A stretch of 64,000 nt of DNA. It comes from Thermoplasmatota archaeon. GTDB taxonomy: Archaea; Thermoplasmatota; Penumbrarchaeia; Penumbrarchaeales; Penumbrarchaeaceae. Below the pieces are notes generated by a model. The model was not told the origin of the DNA. It was given only the letters and a program-made list of their open reading frames with translations, and did not search any database. Positions 55,638 to 64,000 of this stretch are shown one piece after another (the stretch's first letter is position 1; each line of letters begins with the position of its first letter). The position numbers were made by a program, and so were the translations under genes. The stretch covers positions 32,001-96,000 of the forward strand of contig JARVGK010000008.1 of NCBI GenBank assembly GCA_029762535.1, written 5' to 3'.

Positions 55638-56084
55638 ATGTCCAGGATCGAGTATTCGAAGAAAGTTATGGAGCATTTCACAAATCCGAGAAATGTGGGA
55701 ACCGTAGACGACGCCGACGGGATAGGGACCGTTGGAAATCCAGTATGCGGCGACATGATGGAGATCTCTTTGAAGGTCGAGGACGGCAGGATAGAGGACA
55801 TCAAGTTCAGGACCTTTGGTTGCGCATCGGCCATCGCGACCACATCCATGCTGACGGAGATCATCAAGGGGAAGACGATCGAGGAGGCTGAAAATATCAG
55901 CTGGGACGATGTGGTCAAGTCCCTTGACGGCCTACCCCCTGTCAAGGTCCACTGCTCGCATCTGGCCATCGACGGATTGAGAAAGGCGCTGTACGAATAC
56001 TACAGGAAACGCCAGATATACAGGCCCGATCTCATTCCAAAGGATGAGGAGAGCCATCACGAAAGCAGCCCCGAATGCGAATAA
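55638..56084 (+). CDS. iscU: Fe-S cluster scaffold IscU/NifU-N
   Basis: YSKKVMEHFTNPRNVG, NPVCGD, FGCASAIA, LPPVKVHCS. Confidence 0.95.
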   Translation: MSRIEYSKKVMEHFTNPRNVGTVDDADGIGTVGNPVCGDMMEISLKVEDGRIEDIKFRTFGCASAIATTSMLTEIIKGKTIEEAENISWDDVVKSLDGLPPVKVHCSHLAIDGLRKALYEYYRKRQIYRPDLIPKDEESHHESSPECE

Positions 56085-56125
56085 CGACCATTCCTCCTGG
56101 GCAAATATATTATCCTCGCTTAACC

Positions 56126-56491
56126 ATGACACCAACGATGTCCATAGGCAGGTCTCCCCAGTTCAAGGATGAAGAGGTTGCGCGAACCACGAAAAAAAGC
56201 GTCAAACTACCTCTCGATCTTTTCAGGCGTATCCTCTCCGGTGTGTTGATCACTCTATGCCTTGTCCTTACACTCATCGGGCTCTCAGAAATCATAGTAT
56301 TCCTTCTGGACCGGATCAATGGTGTGGACAATTACGTATCATGGGAGAAGAGCTTCATAATCCCATGGGTACTCTCCGCCTTTACCCTTGCCATCTTTTT
56401 CCTGCTCAATATCAAAAGGTTCTTGGGTTCAAGATATGAAAGGGGATCGAAGCCCAGTACAGGCAGGATCGAGATCCCTGAACTCGATTGA
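56126..56491 (+). CDS. Hypothetical two-TM membrane protein
   Basis: Two hydrophobic helices; fills the gap between iscU and pcn; start uncertain. Confidence 0.6.
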   Translation: MTPTMSIGRSPQFKDEEVARTTKKSVKLPLDLFRRILSGVLITLCLVLTLIGLSEIIVFLLDRINGVDNYVSWEKSFIIPWVLSAFTLAIFFLLNIKRFLGSRYERGSKPSTGRIEIPELD

Positions 56492-56504
56492 TAGATGAGC
56501 GTAA

Positions 56505-57242
56505 TCAAGCACTCTCTATCCTCGGGGCCAACAGGTATCTCACCTTTCCCAGCCCATCAGAGAACTCGAACTCGATCTTGAGTGGATAACTGTTACCTAT
56601 GTGCAACATTATGTCGCGGTTGGTGCCAACGCCCTTCATCAATTGGGAGAAATAATCCAGGGAAAATGAGCTCTTCGCAGTGCCCTCGAACTTCTCCTCG
56701 ATGTATTCGGACCCTTTCTTCAGTTCAAGGGTCATGGATGAGAGGTCCTCGGTCGAGGTTATGACCAGCTTGTCCTCCGTGCAGTTGAACGTCAGATAGT
56801 CCGAGATCGACTGCGAGGCCTTCAAACCCTTCTGAAGCTCCGCTGAATTGAGTTTAAGGGATACGGGTAGGGAAAGGTTCGGCACTTTGGGGTCCGAGAA
56901 TCCAGAGGAATCCACAAGAGGGAACTTCAACGTGAGGTTGGACATGCTCACGATCATCCGGTTGTCCTGGTCCAATTTCATCATTATCTCCTCATCGGCC
57001 TTTGCCGATTTGAGATGATCGAGCAATCTCTCGACGTTCAATCCTAGCTCGAGCGGTTCCACGTTGTAATCCTCAAAGGCTCCGTAGCTCAGTTCGAGGT
57101 CGACCATGGCAACATGGGCGGGGTCCACGGCTCTGACCCTCCAGCCGTCCTTGTCGGCCACGAGCTTGATCTCCCCTGTTATGGGGGTCAGAATCGAGAA
57201 AACGTTCCTGAGAACTTCCGATTTCACTGTTATTTCGAACAT
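56505..57242 (-). CDS. pcn: DNA polymerase sliding clamp PCNA
   Basis: RAVDPAHVAMV, SSFSLDY, YPL, YLLAPRIE; 245 aa from MFEITV. Confidence 0.95.
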   Translation of the reverse strand: MFEITVKSEVLRNVFSILTPITGEIKLVADKDGWRVRAVDPAHVAMVDLELSYGAFEDYNVEPLELGLNVERLLDHLKSAKADEEIMMKLDQDNRMIVSMSNLTLKFPLVDSSGFSDPKVPNLSLPVSLKLNSAELQKGLKASQSISDYLTFNCTEDKLVITSTEDLSSMTLELKKGSEYIEEKFEGTAKSSFSLDYFSQLMKGVGTNRDIMLHIGNSYPLKIEFEFSDGLGKVRYLLAPRIESA

Positions 57243-57338
57243 GGTATGACCCGTTCCCTTCGGAAACATCCGGTGCTCCTAATTCAAGAGGGCTGTTATA
57301 TATTTTATCATGGGGGGACCAAATCCACTCTAAGGCTA

Positions 57339-60300
57339 TCACTCCTCCCGACCTTCGTTCAAGGGACCGTTCTTTCTATCATTCTTTTTTGACCTTTCCC
57401 GAAAAAGTGATACGGAAATGGATAACGCCAAGGCCGAAATCAGGACCACGATGACCGGGAACAACGGCTCCCTGTAGAATGGATATCCTGGACCACCCAG
57501 GTCCTCCTCCCCGAAAGACACGATGATTACTTCGAACATATATGCCGTTCGTTCACCATCCCTGGCGAACAGATAGAGGCATCCGTCTCGAGGGAGCTGT
57601 CCTTTATACTCCACGCATGTCACATTGCCATCATGAGCCATATCGGACCAATCCGTATCATTGAGAACGGGTCCGAACGAGTGTTCCCCCGTTAGCGCTA
57701 GCTGTACACCATCGGACAAATGCCCCATATCTCTGAGATAAAGGACCACTCGGGATCCCTCATCATTCAAGGGAACTACCCTTACGCCCTCTCTGTACAG
57801 GACGATGTCGTTCTGAAGGGTCAGGCCCCAATCGTGATCGAGGACCTCCATGACCAGGGCCCCGAGCTCTTCCGACTCCATCAGGAACCCCATCTCCCGG
57901 TTCTCAAGGGCCGATGTCGGGCCCCAATTGAGCGATGAGATCCAGCAGAACCTGGAATCTATCACCACTCCCTTATTATGCACAAGGCCCAAACCCCTTC
58001 CGGGAAGCCTGGAGAGAGAGGGCATGACCTTTACGCTCAGTGATCGGTCCAGGCCTCTCATTGCCGCCTCGGAAGCAATCCAATCGGCCACCTCCTCATT
58101 GTCAGGCCTACCATCCATGTCGAAATCGGTTCCGTCAAGCATGATCCTCACACGGACCCCCCTGCTTGCGGCATAGAAGAGCGAGGCGAGATATGGGTTC
58201 TCACTGTTCGAACTTCCATGGAGGATGGCATCGGGTCCGGGCTCAGGGACCATTGAGCTTCTCTGGGAAGGGGTATCGAACGACGGTGAGAGGCTCATCA
58301 ACTGGACGACTATCTCCTCCTTGGCGGACCTGATGGTCTCAATCAATGGATTGTCCATCCTACCAAGGTGATCGGGCGATATCAGGACCGTGACCGAATC
58401 AAGATCCACTCTTCGAGTCGGTTCCATGGTATTCAGGCTATCGACCGATGCGGTTTCCGCATTGAAGAGACTTGTAAGGTCCCTTTGTTCCAAGGATGAA
58501 TCATAGCTCACCATGTCAGGGCCGGACCAGTCCTCCTCGAATACGGCCTTGACGGTCTCGGCCGTAACCGTCGAATCAACGAGAGCGGCCCATCCCCTGG
58601 TACCCGTCAAAGGGATATGGCCAGGAGGAGGAAATGAAGTGTCCTTGAAATTATCAGAGGATATCAGCACCCTCTCCCCGTCGGCCACTATGTATTTCGC
58701 ATGGTCGAAGCGGTATCTGTCCCTTATCCCCGAAGGGTCGTTGTTCATGACCCTGACATCCACTCCACCGGCCATGAGATAGCCGAGGCTGATGGCCTGC
58801 TCCCAGCCCATACCTCCAACGGGCTGTCCCTCGACAAGGACCCTCACCTCGACCCCCCTCTCCCTCGCGCCGATAAGGGAAGTGGTTATCCATGCGGAGT
58901 TCATCTCATATATGTTCACCAGTAGCTCGGATCGCGAACCCTCCAAGATATCCCTCATAAGATCGCTCGAGGTATCAGGACATACACCGAACCTGACCGA
59001 TGCATCTTTTGAAGTGGTAAAAGGTCCAAAGCTGGATTGGCCAGGATACTTTGGCCTCATCGTCAGCCAATCCTCCTTACGGTCCGTGTCGGTCAGGGAC
59101 ATATCCCCATACTTCCTCTCCCTATGGAGAACATGTCCTTTTCCGGGCACTGGAACAGCCGGTCCTTCCCAGGATCCTCCCGAGGAGCTGGGCCAATGAT
59201 CAAATTCCCATATACATCGGCCGTAAGGAACGACATCCATGACAACTCCCATCGGATCCCGCAGGCATACGCTGTCGTTCTCGTTCGCAAGCCTTGGAGA
59301 ACCAACGACAATGAGACCTGAATTCTTTTGCGCACCTTCTATGGCCAGGTCCGGCAGGAATCCGTTCTGTGACACGAAGTCGTCCCCGTTATGGGCTATG
59401 TACAATCTCTCTCCTGGATACAGGTCAATATCGGAATTTATGATGATCATCCCATCACCAAATAACCCAAGCCCCTCATCGTCAGAGATCGAGCAGCCCT
59501 TCATTGGAACCGGTCGTAGGCCTGAGTTGAAAATGGTTACGAACTCATCTGTATCCCCCGGAATATAGGTATCAAGATATATCTCTTCGATCATGAGCTC
59601 GGAATGTTCGGAGATTATCGTCCCGGCCTGCTTCTTTCCCAATAGACCCCATGGAAGTGGGAGCGATCCTGACCATAACGGTTCGATCATAGAATCCATA
59701 TATGATCTTCCCGTCCGTACGTGGCCCATCCAGAACGGATTGGTCATGCCGTCGTTCATATCCAACATGATGAACTCGTGAGAGCGTGAGCTTATGAATC
59801 CTCCGAAGCCGATAAACGAGGGATCGATATTTGAGATCCTAATCTCGATTTCCGATATGCTCTCGCTGGCTAATGACCGTATCGCCAAAGCATCGAGGAG
59901 ATGGTTCCTTTCCGAAGGATACGATGGGTCCGAACCACTATTTTCAATAAGCTCAATCGCTTCAGCGACCAGATCATATTCTTTATTGAACACGGGTCGG
60001 ACAGAACCCGTTCCAATGAGCAGCCTTACACTAGCCTTGGTCTCGAACGATCTCAAGATGGACCGCAGGTCCATATTTCCCCGTGCATCGTAGATGAACA
60101 CCTCATCCTCATCGAACAATACATCGGGTAGGGCAGATGCATGATGTAAATAGAGAATATCCGTCTCGATGGATGAAAGGATCCCATTATCCTCCATGGC
60201 TCGGACCTGGTCGCCCTCATGGTCCTTGGCCTCAATGTCAAAGATCAATTCATCTCCCGCCGATGGTATCCAGTCATTCTCTCTTCCCGCTATTACTCGG

Positions 60301-63300
60301 AACAGGTCAATGGCATCGTTCGGGTCGATAATTTCAAATCCCAATACCGGAGCCTTTACCCTCATTCCTTCCACCGTATCTTCCTTGGAAATACCGGCAG
60401 ATGACAGCAGTATCCTGGACCCGCGAAAGTAGAAGTTAACGGGTATGTCGGACCCGCTTCTGAGTAGAAGCTTCCCACCGAGTTCAATGAAGTTCTCTAT
60501 TTGAGCGGCATCACCGTCCGAACGTCCTGTGCCATTGCCATCGTCCAACGAGGATAGTCCGCTGTCATACACCAGATGGACCGTGGCGTTGTGACCCATT
60601 GATAGGGTGGTCTCGGCAAGACGGGCTAGCTTTGGATCGAACGTTGATGTGAGAACGAGAAGGTCGCCACCTCCACCTAACCAATCCAGGCCGTAAGAGG
60701 CATCAGAGAGAATGGTCACAGCCTCGATCCGGACCCCCGAGTCCAAATAAGGGTCCACGATGGGAAATGACCCCTTCCCGGCAACGCTCCAGCGGGACAG
60801 GTCTCCAGAGGACTTTGTCGATCTGAGCACCATATCGTTCTTAACGGACCCTATGCCTTCGGGGCCCCACTTCAACGAATCTACGGGCCTTCCCGAAGGA
60901 TCGATTACAATTAGTTCGGCTCCCGCGTTCGGAAGGACCAGGGAAGCGTACCCCGGTACTCTGGTCCCTTTTATGATCTCTCCCCCCTCGGCAATGTCCC
61001 CTTCACCGAAGAGGAGATCGGGCAGATCCCCCTGCGAGATCAGATAATCGTTCGCATTTCCCGCGATGGTGATGGAGCCTTTTCGAGAGGGGATGGTCCC
61101 GTTGGGGATCACAGCGATCCTGTTGTTGCATACGAGCATGAACCCGGAAGGATCGACACCCTCCTCGAACCTCATCGATACGAACTCTCCCGATGATCCG
61201 GAGGAGGGGGACGGAGATAATGAATACAGGTTCGATCGTCCATTATTCGTATGCCAATCCATTGATGTGTTTGTATCGATGTATCTTCCCTCCCTGGAAG
61301 CTCGGAAGGTCATCGTTCCATACGTGCTCTCAACCATATGTTCGGCGATGGTCGACCATCCTTGACGATCGAGCCGTGTCCTTCTCAGCTGGACCATATC
61401 GATGTTCTTTCTGAACCTCGTATCGAGCTTCACGAATCCGGTGGATGCGGGATCGGGAAGCGCCCCCTCCACGATCATCCTCATGTCCACATCACCCAAC
61501 CCATCACAACGAAAGGTCCTGTTCGCCCCTCTTGAACGATCGATAGCTGCCTCCCCCCATACTATGGCGATCTCCTCTCGTGGGCATATGGTCGAGCCCT
61601 CCGGAAAACGTATGGACCTGATGCCGTCACTAATATGCATCAATGAAATATCGATCGGAGGATCTCCCGGGTTCGCCAAGGTTACAAATCTCGATGAGGA
61701 GGTCGTGTTCCATAAAACCCTCGCGATGACGAGCGAGGCCTCGCCATCAAGGATAGGTGTGGGAATTACCGAGATATTCACGATCATCACGTTGTTGGAC
61801 CGATCGAACTCAGGGATCTCTTCGTCCCTGTCGATGCTCAGCTTGATAGTATGGTTCCCCTCCAGATCGATGGTGTCTACGATGGCTTTGAAGGCCTTTC
61901 TCCTATCCGGGGAAACACCATCGATCGATATTCGATCCACGATCTCCTCCTCCGACCCCTGACCAGATATCAAGATGTCCAGACTGAACGAAGCGCTCCT
62001 CAATTCCCCCTGGTTATTGACATATCCATGTATATCGATCAAAAGACCTTGAGGTACGATGGCTGAAGATGAACCCTCCGATAGGACACTCACATCCTCG
62101 AAAAAGAGATCGATGGAGGGTACGATCAAGTGCAAGATTAGCTCAACGAAATACCACTCCATTCCCTGCCAGGTCGCAGTTATACTCAGATCCGATTCGT
62201 GTTCGTAGATGTCCTTGGGCGCCTTTATATACACTTCAAAACTGGTTGAGTTCTCCCCAGTGACCGAAAGGATATTCGGGAAGACGTTCGTCACTGTCCA
62301 ACTTTGGGACGATGGGGTTATGTTCAATATGATATCCCCACGGTTCTCGCCGGGTATGGCAACAAAGATATCGACCATCAGCTCCTCATCCACATCGAAT
62401 TCGAATATCCCAATGGGGCTGGAGAGGACCATTGATATGTCCCTGTCGTTCGACCAACCAGGAGTTCCCTCCATATATGATGGGGATGAAGTCCAATCCA
62501 AGGGCGAATCTGAATCCGACCCGTCCGGGACCCTCATCAACGAGAGACCCTCCCTGACGGTAGGATTGTCCAATCCATCAGTTGTCATGTTGTATGAGTC
62601 CCTGTCATATACCTTGCCCTTCCAGCAGGTACCGTTAAAGATGCCGATAGGGGCTCCAACATGGCTCGAGGATCCCCAAGCCACGTAGTCCATCGCATAG
62701 CCCTCAGGGTCGATGAGTTGAAGCTCATCGCCAACGACGTAGAGAGTTGAGGAGGATCCCATCTGAACCACCTGAACGTCCGGCGGTCTGGGTCCGAGCC
62801 TGTCCGCATTCCCGATACATACGACCCCTCTCTCGTTCGGACACAGAACCATAGAGGGTAGAATGACGTCAACGCCCTCGGTGTTGGTCAGTCGGGAACC
62901 TTTGAGATCCTCAGTATCGCCGATGTTCAGCAATTCCACCCATTGTCCATAAGCGTTCTTTCCGACAGGATCGGGCATGACCTCGTTGATTAGGAATGCA
63001 GGTGGCAGATGGTTCCTTGAACCTGGAGTTGGATCCTTGAGGGCCCTTATCCTATCGGATCCGTCGGGGGCTCGATGGTAGGACATCCCTTTTTTCGCGC
63101 TCTCGAAGGCGAGATGGTCGACATAGTTGCCCATTTCATCAAATAACGAGATGTTCTCGTTCGCGCCCAATACTATCCCGGTCAATGTCCTGGGAAGGTA
63201 GAGATACCCACGACCCGATATGTTGACCTTATTGATAGTGTAGGACCCGCCATTATCCGTTACGGTCCATCCATCCAGGTCAACGCTTTGATCACCAGAG

Positions 63301-63554
63301 TTGAACAGCTCTATGAATTCATCGTTCTGATCGGCATATCCATCCCCGTTGATATCCATTTCCGGATCGGGATATGCCTCGTTCACTCGAACGATGGGGG
63401 GCGAGAAGGTTACCATCGAGTCGGTGAAAGAACAATATCGGCCAGATCCTTTTGGGGGATCGGTATTATCGTTCAACGACAACATAGGAAAGCACGACAG
63501 CAATAACAGTACCATGCACAATGAACAGGCGGATGGTTTCATCTTGAACGGCAT
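57339..63554 (-). CDS. Giant membrane-anchored lamin-tail-domain / CARDB / phospholipase D-superfamily protein
   Basis: Signal peptide; about 5 lamin-tail domains (NE..PDP..E(F/W)(I/V)EL.N); CARDB (IPEFDRSNN); two HKD motifs HAKYIVAD and HNKGVVID..SSLNW..NRE; C-terminal TM. Confidence 0.82.
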   Translation of the reverse strand: MPFKMKPSACSLCMVLLLLSCFPMLSLNDNTDPPKGSGRYCSFTDSMVTFSPPIVRVNEAYPDPEMDINGDGYADQNDEFIELFNSGDQSVDLDGWTVTDNGGSYTINKVNISGRGYLYLPRTLTGIVLGANENISLFDEMGNYVDHLAFESAKKGMSYHRAPDGSDRIRALKDPTPGSRNHLPPAFLINEVMPDPVGKNAYGQWVELLNIGDTEDLKGSRLTNTEGVDVILPSMVLCPNERGVVCIGNADRLGPRPPDVQVVQMGSSSTLYVVGDELQLIDPEGYAMDYVAWGSSSHVGAPIGIFNGTCWKGKVYDRDSYNMTTDGLDNPTVREGLSLMRVPDGSDSDSPLDWTSSPSYMEGTPGWSNDRDISMVLSSPIGIFEFDVDEELMVDIFVAIPGENRGDIILNITPSSQSWTVTNVFPNILSVTGENSTSFEVYIKAPKDIYEHESDLSITATWQGMEWYFVELILHLIVPSIDLFFEDVSVLSEGSSSAIVPQGLLIDIHGYVNNQGELRSASFSLDILISGQGSEEEIVDRISIDGVSPDRRKAFKAIVDTIDLEGNHTIKLSIDRDEEIPEFDRSNNVMIVNISVIPTPILDGEASLVIARVLWNTTSSSRFVTLANPGDPPIDISLMHISDGIRSIRFPEGSTICPREEIAIVWGEAAIDRSRGANRTFRCDGLGDVDMRMIVEGALPDPASTGFVKLDTRFRKNIDMVQLRRTRLDRQGWSTIAEHMVESTYGTMTFRASREGRYIDTNTSMDWHTNNGRSNLYSLSPSPSSGSSGEFVSMRFEEGVDPSGFMLVCNNRIAVIPNGTIPSRKGSITIAGNANDYLISQGDLPDLLFGEGDIAEGGEIIKGTRVPGYASLVLPNAGAELIVIDPSGRPVDSLKWGPEGIGSVKNDMVLRSTKSSGDLSRWSVAGKGSFPIVDPYLDSGVRIEAVTILSDASYGLDWLGGGGDLLVLTSTFDPKLARLAETTLSMGHNATVHLVYDSGLSSLDDGNGTGRSDGDAAQIENFIELGGKLLLRSGSDIPVNFYFRGSRILLSSAGISKEDTVEGMRVKAPVLGFEIIDPNDAIDLFRVIAGRENDWIPSAGDELIFDIEAKDHEGDQVRAMEDNGILSSIETDILYLHHASALPDVLFDEDEVFIYDARGNMDLRSILRSFETKASVRLLIGTGSVRPVFNKEYDLVAEAIELIENSGSDPSYPSERNHLLDALAIRSLASESISEIEIRISNIDPSFIGFGGFISSRSHEFIMLDMNDGMTNPFWMGHVRTGRSYMDSMIEPLWSGSLPLPWGLLGKKQAGTIISEHSELMIEEIYLDTYIPGDTDEFVTIFNSGLRPVPMKGCSISDDEGLGLFGDGMIIINSDIDLYPGERLYIAHNGDDFVSQNGFLPDLAIEGAQKNSGLIVVGSPRLANENDSVCLRDPMGVVMDVVPYGRCIWEFDHWPSSSGGSWEGPAVPVPGKGHVLHRERKYGDMSLTDTDRKEDWLTMRPKYPGQSSFGPFTTSKDASVRFGVCPDTSSDLMRDILEGSRSELLVNIYEMNSAWITTSLIGARERGVEVRVLVEGQPVGGMGWEQAISLGYLMAGGVDVRVMNNDPSGIRDRYRFDHAKYIVADGERVLISSDNFKDTSFPPPGHIPLTGTRGWAALVDSTVTAETVKAVFEEDWSGPDMVSYDSSLEQRDLTSLFNAETASVDSLNTMEPTRRVDLDSVTVLISPDHLGRMDNPLIETIRSAKEEIVVQLMSLSPSFDTPSQRSSMVPEPGPDAILHGSSNSENPYLASLFYAASRGVRVRIMLDGTDFDMDGRPDNEEVADWIASEAAMRGLDRSLSVKVMPSLSRLPGRGLGLVHNKGVVIDSRFCWISSLNWGPTSALENREMGFLMESEELGALVMEVLDHDWGLTLQNDIVLYREGVRVVPLNDEGSRVVLYLRDMGHLSDGVQLALTGEHSFGPVLNDTDWSDMAHDGNVTCVEYKGQLPRDGCLYLFARDGERTAYMFEVIIVSFGEEDLGGPGYPFYREPLFPVIVVLISALALSISVSLFRERSKKNDRKNGPLNEGREE

Positions 63555-63861
63555 CTCAATATCCTCCGAAGCCTTTCACAGGGCATCTTCAAAGGGATAG
63601 TCCTTGCATCGACCTCTACCTCTACCTAATAATCGTTTGCTTGAGAGTTTCCTCGACGGAAAATCTTGACCTCGATCGCTCGAAGTAGGGCATGTGAGAA
63701 CATGTATATGTCTCTACAAACTATCCCCTCATTATACAAAGCGATGGTTTTCAACCAAATCTTTATATAAAGCGGCCAGTCATTCAATCAGGGCCACAGA
63801 TACAGTGACCTATATAGGAAATACGGTGTTCAATGGGTCCCTGAGAGGGCAGGTGATGACC

Positions 63862-64000
63862 GTGGTAGATAACGGGAAAAAAGGATACAGAAAGATATTG
63901 ATTGCGATGATCATACTAACGCTGACGCTAACCGTTGGTATCGGCATGTTCCACAGGGATGACGAAGGTGCCCTGGGAGCAACAACGGTTGGAAATATCA
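63862..64000 (+). CDS. Secreted/membrane protein, 3'-truncated by window edge
   Basis: AGGTGA SD, GTG start, open frame to the window end with a signal-peptide pattern (KKGYRK then ILIAMIILTLTLTVGIGMF). Confidence 0.6.
   Translation, partial: MVDNGKKGYRKILIAMIILTLTLTVGIGMFHRDDEGALGATTVGNI

Overview
Gene-dense archaeal chromosomal window, most consistent with a Thermoplasmatota lineage (inference from archaeal PCNA, PAN, prefoldin alpha, RPA, Elp3, DtdA, archaeal-type AlaRS, an intron-containing tRNA-Tyr, RNase P RNA, KaiC-like and DUF835-like domains, and giant Kelch/FN3/lamin-tail surface proteins). Most of it is housekeeping: translation, replication and repair (including bacterial-type uvrA/B/C), folate-dependent C1 and purine genes (gcvPB, glyA, purN, purH) and iscS-iscU. 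The standout is a compact minus-strand operon, cyanophycinase (cphB) - cyanophycin synthetase (cphA, CphA1 type with the primer-generating Cx19HxxEH motif) - M20 metallopeptidase, behind a TATA-like box. This is an apparently complete cyanophycin nitrogen-storage system in an archaeon, with a candidate new dipeptidase. Other notable items are an IscS whose PLP lysine is replaced by Asp, a STAND-like ATPase-TPR protein with a DUF835-like insert, and a TPR protein with a ParB-like N-terminal peptide. There is also a 19-bp tRNA 3'-end duplication (att-like scar), several structured intergenic elements, and a 2071-aa lamin-tail/PLD surface protein. No CRISPR array, rRNA, transposase or integrase was seen. 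All calls come from reading motifs; no database searches were run.
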